A stretch of DNA of 63,188 bases, counting the filler, from Choristocarpus tenellus KU-1152 (taxonomy: Eukaryota; Protista; Phaeophyceae), in assembly GCA_964200185.2 (NCBI GenBank). It is 11 parts of 11 records of this genome, joined end to end, with 100 filler letters (N's around TTAATTAATTAA, not from the genome) between each part and the next. Parts side by side here need not be neighbours in the genome. Positions count along the whole stretch, not along the records: positions 47,007 to 54,248 come from CAXNAD020006477.1; positions 54,349 to 60,404 come from CAXNAD020009055.1; positions 60,505 to 63,188 come from CAXNAD020025680.1; 8 more parts are not named here. The stretch is one strand, 5' to 3'. Position numbers and translations under genes: made by a program. A model generated the notes under the pieces. It was not told where the DNA came from. It saw only the letters and a program-made list of their open reading frames with translations, and ran no database searches. Of this stretch, positions 51,513 to 63,188 are shown in pieces; positions within the stretch are counted from its first letter, which is position 1; each line of letters begins with the position of its first letter.

Positions 51513-51622
51513 GTAAGGAGGGAGATAGGTGAACACGCTTTGTCATCTTTAGGACCTAACACAGGATAGTCGAATAGTCATGCCAACATCGAGGGGGAGG
51601 GGGAGATTTTATAGGGAATGTA

Positions 51623-51866
51623 GGCCCAAAGCATTTAGGGGGGTAGGAGTTTTTCCCTGTTTGTCCTTTTGGGGCTCGACTTCCCACGGGTGTTTATGCC
51701 CTTTTTTGGTTTTCTGTGTGAACTCTATTACCTACTCCAAAACATTTCGAAGTGCAACTATGAAAGGTGTGCCCAGATTATATGATAGCCAAAATTCATT
51801 TAAACCTCAACATTGGATTTATGATACAGAACAGATGCGGCCCTACCCTCTTTAATGCTTGGGGTC
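51623..51866 (-). mobile_element. MITE subfamily A2, intronic, TSD TGTA/TGCA
   Basis: GGCCCAAAGCATTTAGGGGGG...CCCTCTTTAATGCTTGGGGTC; internal deletion. Confidence 0.85.
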
Positions 51867-52472
51867 TGCATTCATCCACCAAATTGTGGAACATTGACTT
51901 TAAACCAATTCACGGAACTTTGACTGTGGCACGTCGGGGCTGGGTTTCTGGAATCAACGCAGAAGCAGAAGTGCAGGGTTTCCACTAGATTACACAATTC
52001 ATGCCTAGGCTGAGTTACTTTGCAGAATATGTACTCCCTAAGGGTCACATCGTCATCGCCTGGAACAAGTTCTCTGAGAAATAGAGCAGCTCCGCCAGGT
52101 TTCTTCTTTATGGGGATTCACTTACTGTGGATATTATCAAATGGACCCACATACATGGGAGAAGAAATACATTATCAGAGCTGTAAGGTCTGGGAGATTA
52201 GACTTGCCGCAAAGCTGCTTGTGTAGTACTGGAGTACATAGTACACATAGTTTGGGAAGGACCATAGGAAAAAAGGTGTTATGTGCTGAGGACACCTTGA
52301 TTGTGTTCAATTGGCCATGTTTACCATAACTCACAGCCAAGTGGAATGGAGAAAATGATCATTTTTCATAGCTAAAAAAAATACCACAGTTCGATGTGCT
52401 TCTGTCCAACTAACTTCCTAATTGTCCATATCTTGCCATCAAAGTTTTTAATGCATACTTAGACTTAGACTT

Positions 52473-52741
52473 GGCCCATAGTATCCTAGAGGGGGGTCAA
52501 GTGTCCATTCGGGGCCTGTGTAATCTGTAATGATTCTCATGTCGTTTGAGTGAACATGTCAGATGCATGGGCAATTTCCTTCACTTGAGCGTACTGTCCT
52601 TTTTCACCCACCTTCCTGAACCAAATCCGAAAGAAAAACATACTTAAAGCGGGCATTAAACTGAATTATCTTACAAGACCTCATCGAGTCCCGAATGGGT
52701 CACCTGGAATAAACACCCCGCTCTCTAAGATATTATGAGTC
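52473..52741 (+). mobile_element. MITE family D, full length, TSD ACTT/ACTG
   Basis: GGCCCATAGTATCCTAGAGGGG...CTCTAAGATATTATGAGTC; body matches 17950-18195. Confidence 0.8.
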
Positions 52742-53470
52742 ACTGAACATATTTCTATACGTCTGGAAACATTTCCTACACCCAGTGTTTTGCTAAATCC
52801 ATCTTTGTTGTAGAGTGAGAGAGAGTTGCCGCTTTTGATGGGAATGTTGAACAGACCAGCTTGTACAAAAGCTCTTGATTGGATCAATTCTAAACGTAAA
52901 ATGGTCCAATTTGGGTCAGCCCATCTTGTGGTGTTGTTGGAGTATCCCTCAGGGCACAAATTGAGCTTGGAACGTCAGAACAGTCTTCCTCCCAATATCC
53001 AGTGGATATTAAAAAGGCATTTTGGAAACAGTAAGGTAAAAAGGATTGACTGGAATTGAGGTTGCACAAAGCGAAATGTGTACTGTACTGCTCCAGAGTA
53101 TCATTCACTGTTGAAAACAATAACTACTTCGATTTCTTTTGTAAAATTATTCAAGAATGCCATTAATATGAACATTTTTTTTGTCTCAATATTCCACATC
53201 TTGCTTTATTTGCTGCTTCTGAAGTGCCATGCAATGTATACCAAGGTCCTCGGATAGTGTCAATTTTTTTTAATCACTTTAAAGGTCTCACCTCACTCCC
53301 AGTTTCATCACCAGGGCGTTCTTTACTCTATCTTATATAAGAAGGGCCAATTATACTATATATCCCTACATTAAAGGATAAAGATAATGAGCCTTTGTCC
53401 CAGCTGTGGTCAGAATCTCTTTGGTACTGTGTGTGTTAACTCAAATCTTCAGGTTATTAAGGGGGTCAGC

Positions 53471-53722
53471 GAGACAGAGCATTTAAGAGGGTAGGATTTT
53501 TGCCCTGCTTGTCCATTCGGGGCTTGGCTGCTTCCCATGGACCTTTATGCCTTTTTTCGGTTTTCTGTGTGAACACAGTTACCTAAAATGTGTACGACTA
53601 TGAAAGGTGTGTCCGGAGCAAGGACATTGACACTTGATAACAAACATGATAGCCCGCATTATTTCAAAATCACAACATTGGAATAATGAGACCAGACGGA
53701 CACAGCCCTACCCCCGCAAATG
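53471..53722 (-). mobile_element. MITE subfamily A2, one terminus decayed
   Basis: GAGACAGAGCATTTAAGAGGGTAGG... is the reverse complement of the 45949-46207 right end. Confidence 0.85.
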
Positions 53723-54069
53723 ATATGTATGTACGTATCATTTCTTAATTATCAAGAAATTTGTCTGAAAAGGATGTCCCACCAAAAAGTGGAGCTTATT
53801 GGAGGCTACCACTCCTGTTTTCTAAACATATATTTTTAAAAGATGTTTGCTACACCTTGAAGTTCATATTATTCATTTTGTGTTAACACTGCACACCAAT
53901 AGGGCTTTCTGTCTATGATGACATTGAGTCACGAGAGACTTGCCAATACACCCCTGCACCTGACCCTGACATTAACTTCCTCGCCAACGATAATGTCAGG
54001 TGGCATCATCTCCATGATCCCCAGCTAGGCATAACGTTTTACCACCATCAACCCTCGGGAGTGTTTCAG

Positions 54070-54094
54070 ATGGAACCACCTTCTCTTAGATGAG
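54070..54094 (+). CDS. Candidate 25-nt micro-exon continuing the TPR/WW gene
   Basis: TTTCAG|A TGG AAC CAC CTT CTC TTA GAT GAG|GCAAGC; phase 2 fits the previous exon and gives DENG-WNHLLLDE, like the start of a second WW domain. Confidence 0.4.
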
Positions 54095-54365
54095 GCAAGC
54101 CAGCCAATGTAACTGCCATGTCATTGGCGAGGCTCAAAGTATCTGCGGGGGGGGGTGGCGGCTGTCCATTTGGGGTCAATTTGTTCATGTCACAATTTTT
54201 GGGTGATTTGGTTGCATTCGTCTATTGGATAATAAAAATGCACTTTTCNNNNNNNNNNNNNNNNNNNNNNNNNNNNNNNNNNNNNNNNNNNNTTAATTAA
54301 TTAANNNNNNNNNNNNNNNNNNNNNNNNNNNNNNNNNNNNNNNNNNNNTTAACCATCTTGTGCAT

Positions 54366-54540
54366 GAGCAGAAGTATCTGGGGGGGGGGTGTCGGCGTCC
54401 GTTTTCACCCTTTTTTCGATTTTCACCTTTTTGGTGTGATTTGGTCGCATGTGTCGGATTTGAAATGTCAGCAAAAAAAAGAGTTTGACCGAAATGGACG
54501 CCCCCTCACAAACCACCCCCCCTCCCAGATACTTTGACCC
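54366..54540 (+). mobile_element. MITE family C, full length
   Basis: GAGCAGAAGTATCTGGGG...CCCAGATACTTTGACCC; flanks CAT/CAT. Confidence 0.9.
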
Positions 54541-55570
54541 CATACATAATCTACTCTGCAAAGTGTTAGAATAATTAATAAGAGGATAAACGTGGAGAGC
54601 CTACAACTGTCAATAAATGACTCTAATATAAACATTGCAGTTTAAAGATAGATCACGGGTGTGCTACAGAGTGAAAATGCTGATCCTTAAAAAAAAAGGA
54701 TACTGATAGGAAACATAACCTATTTTCCAAATCTGATATTTGGAAACACTCAAGTCTTGTATGTTGCTGCACAGGAAGAAACGAGTGGACTTCCCCCTCT
54801 ATGCAAACCTCCACAATCTAAAGGCCAAGTGTTCATGGACTAAGGTTCCTAACTAAACTCAAAACCTCATCCAAGGACTAAGCCTTTGATAGCAGTGCAA
54901 TGCAGTTACTCTGATCCAAGGTCATTCATTTCTGTCAAGCAGTGAAATCACATGAATAGCCGTGACGTAGTTCATTTTTGTAACGTCAATATCAAACTAC
55001 ACCTGTACACAGCCCAGGGGCAATATGGGATTTAACCACCGGGATGAGCCATGCAGGACCTCACACACGACTCAAAACAACCAGATCTACTAAGGACTTG
55101 AACAAGCTGCACTGATTACAAAGATTTCTAGTGGCAACACCGTTATATGGATTGGGAGTATTCAGTGATAAGTCGACTTGCAATGCAATTAGCCAAGGGC
55201 TGGGAGAGGCGTAAATGGAAGGTAAGCCAAGCAGCAAATCAGGTGCAGCGCAAGTAAGCAGGAAGAGAGACAAGCAACAAGTTGTCACCCCAAGGACACT
55301 TAAAAAAAGAAGTCCTCACTCCATTGTTCTGTTCCATCTTGGATATCAGATCTGTAGGGAAATTTATAATAACTCTTGCCACTTTCCAGATAATAGACTT
55401 TTATAAATCAATAAAACAAAAAGATGGAACATGAACCCACCAATATTTAAGGGTTCAACATATGCAATAGTAGTTTCTCACAACCATGCTATACCACACC
55501 TGAAACAACCTAAACAAGAGACTGCAGGCAACTCAGGCATTGGGATCCACATTATTAGAGAGAAACTTAC

Positions 55571-57620
55571 CATTCCTTCGTCTGGGTCTCCAGAATGCTG
55601 CTGGAACTCTGTTGTGGCTGATCCATCTGAGCGTTTATGCCATTTCTCCTCTTTGAAACAAGCCCCTGTCCCCATACCCTCATTCCCACATTCGTCGCCA
55701 TCTCCCTCCTCTCGATGTGAATCTCCCCCTGCAGGGTGTCTCCTCTCAAGTTTAGCTTCCACGTACCGATCACCACCCCCTTCCCAAGAACTCTGCCGTT
55801 TCGCCACATGTCCCATTCTTCCCACCCCGAGCACCACTCGAGAAGGAGAACGAGTAGTCGGCGTCTCCAACCCCCCCAGCAGTGCGTGGTTCGCCTTTAT
55901 TACCGCGACAAGTAGACATTACAGAAAGGTTCTCTTGTGAACCTACGGTAAACCCTCGATGCCATGTGTTTCAAAAGAGATCCTGAGAATAGAGGACTGA
56001 GCAGAGCATTGAAAAGGTTGTCGGACAACTAGGAAATAGCAAGGTGCTCTCTAGTAAGCAAAAATTGACAATCGAAGTCATTCCTATCGTTTTACTTGAC
56101 TATTGCGCAAGCGCCAGAACCTCATCACATGCGTCGTTCAACAGGAATAGTCTCCGTGTCCACTACGCAAAGACAACAGATACCATGCCGTCCTACACCT
56201 TCTACGACTAGGTGCCGTCCAATTTTGAGGGGTTTTGTCCATGAAGAGTCTAAGGAAATGTTTGGATCCGATGACCGAGGATCAAAGCGAGGTGGCTGAG
56301 GGCATCTTGAAAAATACTCCACGCCCGTGCTATCTATAAGTTGAAGAGTGCCTATGCATCCTAGGATAACAGATTCATAAGCATTCTGTCAATGTTGTAT
56401 ATTATAGATGGACGGACTTACCCCTAATATGTCGTGAAGATAAGGCAGCGCAAGGTCTTGGTCCTTCCTTGCCTTTGCCCCTAACAAGTCAAAACTCCCC
56501 ACAAACTGTGATAATTTTCGCGAGTTGTAGGTGATCAAATGTCAAGATGGCTTCAGATCGATTGTCTCCTTGACTATCTCTGTAGAATGGGTTCAGTTTT
56601 TCCATCTCCTCCAGGATTTTTCTACCTATCACTTGCTCCGTCCAAAGGTTGGATGTGTATCAATGGGAAGGGAGGACTCTCTCCTAGGATGGTCGGATGG
56701 ATGTGGGTCTTGGTATAATGACAAATCTACTTATCTGTTATCATACATAGATCAACTTTAAAAACTGTCCCTTTTTGTAATAATAATGATAACCAGGGAG
56801 ATGGGCAAGGAGGGGTCTGTTGGGATGCTTCCTTAGTTCCCCCCCCAGGGGCACAGGAGTAGGTAGATGGGAAGATAAGGAAGACAGTAGTACAATATTT
56901 GATAGTGGTGAAGTAACTAACTGATTAGTGGTTTCCACGCAATGTCTTATAGTATTCTTATATTTAGGACATTTTATATACATACATATAATTTTCATTG
57001 GTTTCCCCCCTGACACATCTGCAAAATGTCAGAGGGCATAATAATAAAATAATAATAATTTCTTACTTACCTCGAACAAAGTAACGCTGGCGTTATCCTA
57101 TAACGCTTGATCTTAGTGTATGATGTCTGTTTTCCATCACACACAGCGTTCTTCCTATATTATAGTAGCCCTCATTTTGTTCTATAACCACTGTTGTCTA
57201 ACACTACCCTTCAGCATACCCATGGCTGCCACGGCAGTGTTCCACGTCCTTTGCTCTATAGCATCCCGTTGTCCAACCATAACCGTTCTCAAGGTTTGAT
57301 ACTATGTACCAGATTGCCAAACTAGAACTGTCACCATCAATGGGATGGCCGCCGATTCGTTTGGATTAAGTCGGTGGCGACATAGCCGTCCGCATATTAT
57401 ATCATCCTCTCCCCACCCCCCATGCCTGTTGACGGGTACTGCCAAGATTCATTTTTTTCAGGACACTTAACTTGTACTTGGTTGCCATTTCCTATAGAAG
57501 AAAAAGCACGATGTAATACAAAACGCTCCATAGCTTACCTCCATGGAGTGTGTAGCACCAGTCCACAAGCCTGTAGATGGCACTGATACGCGTATACGAC
57601 GCCTGAGATATACCGACAGC
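55571..57620 (-). other. Candidate multi-exon host gene, product unknown
   Basis: Four strong minus-strand donors (GTAAGT/GTAAGC) at 55570, 56421, 57070 and 57538, each preceded by an open stretch; acceptors and frame not resolved. Confidence 0.4.
56820..57060 (+). mobile_element. Longest copy of the non-LTR 3' end family (3' UTR + stem-loop + AAT tail)
   Basis: 56820-56917 matches the reverse complement of about 13593-13690; ends CCCCCCTGACACATCTGCAAAATGTCAGAGGGC(ATA)n. Confidence 0.75.
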
Positions 57621-58928
57621 CTGATGACCAGCAAATTCGTGGTTATCAGGGTAGCAGATGAAGGTATAGTTCCTTTTAAGGTAAATTTATGACAAGATCA
57701 GAACTGAGAACGTAGGGCTGTGTCTGTCCACGAAATCTGTTCTAAATGGGTCGGGTTTTCAAACGCCGTAATACAACTGAACACCATTGCTTCATTCTAA
57801 ATTACAGATTTTACACTGTTACTATAACGAATCGGTCTTGCGGTTTGGGGGTTCCACACACACTCACTGCTTGCACTGCTTAGAGGGTGAGAAGAAACAC
57901 TTGCGCTACTCAACCGTAACAGATGAGGCGATGGCATAAAGCACCTACCTCAGCTGTAGGGGGTTGGAGGTTAGCCTTGACCTGACCTCCACACCAGACA
58001 GAGTCCAGCCTCTACCTTCCGTCTGTATAGTTCCCCTTCAGAATACAGAGAGAGATTAAGCCCCTCAACCCTTGCACATGTGGAGCTTTTGAAATCACAC
58101 ACAGGCTGTGTAGTATCTTCCCACACCCCTTACAGAAATGCTACCTGCCCTCCACTTGTTGCGTGGGTAGTGGCACCCACCAACCACACACCAGGGTCCC
58201 ATTGCCAGTTACGTTTATCTCACCACTCACCACTCACCACTCACCACTTGTCTTTCAATATAAACACAATTTTTGAATTCGGAGTTCTCCTGGAAATTTA
58301 AGTCTCAGGCAATTCGGTTATGCAAGAAGGAACAAAATTGGAATTTTCTGATGCATGGTTTAGCTTGTTGCTGATGGGGAGGCTGTTGAAATGAGGGCCA
58401 ATCTGGCACCATGCCATGTACGTGTGCACACTCTGCTGGCATTTTAAGTCGTGTACCTACCTCACTCAGTATTATGATGTTGCTGGTATTCATTTTTGTC
58501 ATAACCCCCTACGTTTCGTGTGAGTTCATTTTTGTGTGCCACTATTACTACTATTACTGCTACTTGCAAACCACTCACACATATATTCTAAAGAACGACC
58601 CTGGTTGGCTGCTTGTTGCTGGTTGCTGGTTGCTGGGTCTTGGGGTCCTGGGTCCTGCATTCTGGGTAACCATAACTATGTTGGCGATCTGTATTACGCC
58701 CATAAAATATAAGGTCAAGCATCTCTTTGTGCATGAATAGTGTAGTAGGAGTGTTGAATTTATTCGTTGGTAAAATACACAAGATCGATCCTGAACTGAA
58801 CTTTGTATCTCCTGGACTAGACACCCCAAAGTAACAAATGTATCCTCGGAAGGTCAGGTGTGACATGAGAAGGTCGGAACTGGGGGGGCTTTTTCTGCGG
58901 TCCAAATTATAGATGATGTAATGTTTGA

Positions 58929-60048
58929 ACCAGAACCCCAGAAGAGACAAGTGCATACTCCAGTAAAGCCAAATACAAACTGACTCTAATTATATCCTGT
59001 GGCTTTTGGACGGAGGTTCCTAAATGAAACAAGGGTATACTTTGGTAACTGTTTAGAATTGACTGGGTGATTCGGAACTGGGTAACCTTTTGTTGTAGAC
59101 CAAGTCAGAGATGTGTACTTTCTAACTTTGAACCGTGTCATTTTGTGTGTGGAAAAGGGGAATACCAACTTTTTGTACACTATTGTGCAAATAAATATGA
59201 AATAGAGTGTATTGAGTGAACGTATCTTTGAGGGTACGAATTTTGCTCTGTTTGCCCAATTATTTGGGATTTGACTTCCCACGTTTTTTTATTACATTTT
59301 CCTACTCCGAAATGGTTCGTAGTAGGTAAAATGTATATGCTACGAAAAGATGTCTTCGGAACAAGGATATTGATACTTCCTAGCAAACACAATAGCCAAA
59401 ATTACATAAAAATCGCAACATTGGATTTTGGCCCCTAAACAGACGCGGCTCTACCATCTAAGATGCTCTGACTCATTGCACAGGGTAAGAAAGATGGCTT
59501 AAAATGCAACAGGGTCCAAACCTGCCTACCTCTCAATTTGTTTTAATTCTTGGCCTAACCAGAGTATATTCTTGCCTCTTCTGGGGGTTAGTTCATGACT
59601 TACAAAATATACCACCTCTCTGACTTGGCCTACGATAAAAGGATCCCCAGTTCCCGAATTGCCCAGTCATTTCTAAACGACTGCAGTGATCCATCTATTT
59701 ACCCCTTGTCTTCTTCAAGAGTTTCTTACCAAAGTCACAGGATACAATCGGAGTCAGTTTGCATTTGACCTAATCAGAGTATATACTTGTCCCTTTTTGG
59801 GTTCTGGCGCAATTAAAAAAAGGCTCTTTCTGCAACTGCACAAAACGGCATATTTTACCCTTTTTCGGGATCTTTAAAATGCAACCCAGTCTACCTCTCA
59901 GTTGGTTTGACTCCAAATGCAAACTGACTCTGATTGTATCCTGTGACTTTTGGAAGGACACTCCCAGAGGAAACACGGCTATGCTTTGATCGGTTTTTAG
60001 GAGCAACGGGGTAAATCGGAACTGGAGATCCTTTAAGACCAACTCAGT
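58929..60048. repeat. Complex inverted/direct repeat cluster (three copies of a 135-215 bp unit)
   Basis: Forward 58929-59133, reverse 59591-59808, forward 59914-60048; core CAAATGCAAACTGACTC.GATTGTATCCTGTGACTTT. Confidence 0.8.
59214..59474 (-). mobile_element. MITE family A, full length, reverse orientation
   Basis: GAGTGAACGTATCTTTGAGGGTA...CTAAGATGCTCTGACTC; flanks ATT/ATT. Confidence 0.9.
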
Positions 60049-60355
60049 CCAATTCTTTTGGAGGAGTATAAAATACATGATGCTGCAGCACGATTGGGGT
60101 TGTAGACGATTTATTTTGTCTCAACTTTTGACAGTCACTTGTGTTAAAAGTGTGAAACATGTGTACCTAGTTCACCCTGGGGGGCATGTTTCCAGCGATT
60201 GACGCATCGCTACCTACCCTAACTGGCGTGAGCAGCAAGTATGCGCAAGGATAGCCCAAATGGGGAGGATCAAAGCCGTCCTACTGATACAATGCAAAAA
60301 CCTGTATCTTGAGAATAATTTGGAGTATTCAGTTGACACGTACGGCAAACAATGA

Positions 60356-60404
60356 GAGTGAAAGTATGTTAGAGGGTACGATTTTTGCCCTGTTTGTCCA
60401 TTTG
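60356..60404 (-). mobile_element. MITE family A terminal fragment, cut by contig end
   Basis: GAGTGAAAGTATGTTAGAGGGTACG...TTTGTCCATTTG. Confidence 0.85.
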
Positions 60405-62295
60405 NNNNNNNNNNNNNNNNNNNNNNNNNNNNNNNNNNNNNNNNNNNNTTAATTAATTAANNNNNNNNNNNNNNNNNNNNNNNNNNNNNNNNNNNNNNNN
60501 NNNNGGTGTAGACACCCCCCCTCTCCCAGATACTTTGGGTCATCACCGGGCAAGAAAGACCAGACGAACAAAGACGAACTGTAACTGAGGGTACGAGGTT
60601 GGGGTTGGACAAGCGCAAATTGGGGAGTAATGAACATCATCGAAGATTGGGCTTCATCATCAGTCAAGACGTGAGAACGAAGTGGATCTTCCATGTGTGA
60701 CAACTCTGAATGACGAGCTGTTCCCAGTCTATGGGATTGGTCATGTGAAAATATTCCGTGGTTCCATACTGATGGAGGGTCCTGAAGTGGAATCATGGAT
60801 GCTTGACTGGGAACCTCAATCGGTACAACGGTATATGGCATACGGCAATAACGGTATCAGAACGGGCAAACATGCTTTCCACACATAGCATTTTTTGAAA
60901 TATCTCTATACCTTTTTTGGTTAGTCAATTGTAGAGAAATAGATAGGATTAGTGGATGAAGTTTTTTTAAGATTTGGAACAGGTCTTTTCGTCCCTGGAC
61001 GTGATCTTCTTGGAAAGACGAAATTGTTTTCGTTTTTCTAGCGTGGATTTTTTTCGGATTCGAAACACAACGTTTTGCTGACCATTTGGCATCTACAAGA
61101 ATCTCGATATCACATATATTCTGACGCTTCAGTTACTGCAATATACAGGTTGGGGCAGGTACATCAGAACAGTAACAGGTACATAGTATCCTTTTTGGCC
61201 CTTGAAATGTCAACAGAGCTTCGTCAAGTACAAGTGCGACTTTGGAGAAAAGTTCCAAAAACAAGGTTGGGGGCAGTGGTGTGTCTAGCACGGAAAAGCG
61301 CAATGAGATGCTTAAGGACGACACATCACGTTGTTGGGAAAAAAGGTGGTGATTCTATTTAACTGATAAAGGCGAAGAGCTGGACTTGGTAGGTAGGTAG
61401 GTAGTAACAAAGCTCGAAATGGTTGGTCAACATCCCACATGGAATTTGGTGTGTCATCCCTGTAGAGGTAACAAAATTAGACGCCAACATAAAACCATTC
61501 AACCAACAGATTTAGTGTGTCTGCATTCTTCAGTCTACGGACACTTTTTCCGATCAAATTCCTTGACGCTCAGTCTACTATTCTTCTCGTGACTACACAT
61601 AACTACTTAGATTTCCGAGAATCTCTGAATACACATACGCAATATATATTATATTATTATGCCCCCTGACATTTTACAGATAGATGTGTCAGGGAAAAAA
61701 ACAAATGTAAACTATTCGTATGTCCGAAAAATCCCTAAAAAAAATACAGTCATCATAAATGTGAAAAACACTTGATTTATTTACTATTTTACTACCAGCG
61801 ATATATCGTCTGAGTTTGTTCTGCATTGGGGTTCATTACTACAGGTCAGTGCACCATCATCCATTTGACTACTGCCTTCACCCTGTTGATAATAGTAACC
61901 AACTCTGCCCAGAGACATGTCAGATGGGTCAGGACAAACTCTTTACCAATTGTGACACAAGACAGGCCTGCTGAAATTTACATCCACAAAACCTCTCTTG
62001 CTGAGCACTGGAACATTTAATAGAATGCTTGACATGATAGCAATCAAGAATGATCTTCATCGAAGTCATTGAAATGGATACAAATGCATACTTAAGCAAA
62101 AAGCAAAAGCATCACAAGCATCTTCCCCCCCCCGCCCCCTAAACCTCTTCAGCCATCCTTGTGACAACGAAGGGTATCATCAAGTAGATGTGACAAGAAG
62201 AGCACTATGGAGTACGTAGTTAGATAGTTCCTGCCCTCCTCTCTCCTTCCTCTCCTAGCCCCTGTAGTTGCCCTCAGAGCTCGACACAAAACACA

Positions 62296-62469
62296 GGCTC
62301 AAAGTATCTGGAAGGGGGTGGTGGCTGTCCATTTGGGACCCATTTTCCATTTCGTGATTTTTGTGTGATTTGGTTGCATGAGTCAGATAATGTAAATACA
62401 CTTCTCCTGGTTAGGCCCTGAATGGACACCCTGGTGTACACCCCCCCCCCCCCCCAGATACTTTGAGCC
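62296..62469 (+). mobile_element. MITE family B, full length
   Basis: GGCTCAAAGTATCTGG...CCAGATACTTTGAGCC; flanks ACA/ACA. Confidence 0.92.
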
Positions 62470-63188
62470 ACATGCTGATTAACTCTTCTCCATCTTTTTC
62501 TTCCCCACTCGTTCCTCAATGCACTAGACTCGGCTGGGGGCTGCCAAATCCTTACACATCTACACCAAACCCTTCAATAACCGAATAATAGAAAACCATA
62601 GAGAGAGGTGTTAAAGAGGAACACTCAACCACAGTGACTCGATTTAGTGGCACAGTGGGATGGTAATACCAAATCAGGAAAGGAACTAACGGATCACAGT
62701 ACAGGATATAGTCAATGAATACACTCTATTGACGACCACCGATTGTCTTGTTTACCTGCCACGCACATATGAATCATCCAGCTCACACAACTGATACATC
62801 TTTTACTACCAGAAGGTCTCCACGATCGTTTCTTACCATTGTAACTACGCAGGAAGATCTACCACAAAAATCACTTAGCTCGCATTATCTTCTCTTGTTT
62901 ATTCTCTGGACCAAGTACCGTTTCGAGTTCTCCCATAATCATATCACCCTTTTTCCATCTCCACAAGAAGCAAACGCCTCAACTTTTCCGAAAACAATTG
63001 GCCATACACCAGACCCTCTTCCTCATGTACCACCACCGTAAACCCTAACTCTAACTTAGGAGGCATTACCCCACTTCTTGCACGCCTCCCCCATTCATCC
63101 CCTGCCCCTGTCCCAGCCCCCCTAGCCTGCTGCTTATGCCCCCCAGCCTCATCACCCGCACCAGCCTCCCCTTTTGCCCTTCCCAGTC

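Noticed and set aside
1-63188. Prokaryotic operon, defence system, rRNA or tRNA genes, or co-location of genes across contigs
   Set aside because: No dense ORFs or recognisable RNA genes; contigs are artificially concatenated, so cross-linker neighbourhoods carry no evidence.

Overview
Eukaryotic nuclear draft sequence, most likely a photosynthetic stramenopile (brown alga or relative; inferred from intron-rich genes, gene families, TTAGGG-type repeats and a nad4 NUMT). The window is about 11 short contigs joined by ten artificial 100-nt linkers (44 N + TTAATTAATTAA + 44 N), so adjacency across linkers is not biological evidence. It is dominated by transposon debris: about 35 copies or fragments of at least four MITE families sharing a GRNYCAWAGTATC terminus, a decayed Sola2-type DDD transposase, two Ty1/copia elements plus solo LTRs, Ty3/gypsy fragments and LTRs, a pogo/Tigger element, a hAT remnant, and LINE-type 3' ends. 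Two host genes can be spliced by hand: an IQ-like/TPR/WW protein (47250-51512, with a GC-AG intron and AAG acceptors) and a GYWR Cys-rich multi-pass membrane protein (29556-30755). Most notable observations: (1) all four MITE families keep a bipartite, asymmetric end (inner GTCCRTT motif 30-31 nt from one end and about 40-42 nt from the other, roughly one helical turn apart, reminiscent of a 12/23-type rule) and show both 4-bp and 3-bp target duplications; (2) a pogo > MITE > Copia nest whose removal restores the pogo reading frame. All calls are by eye; no database searches were run.
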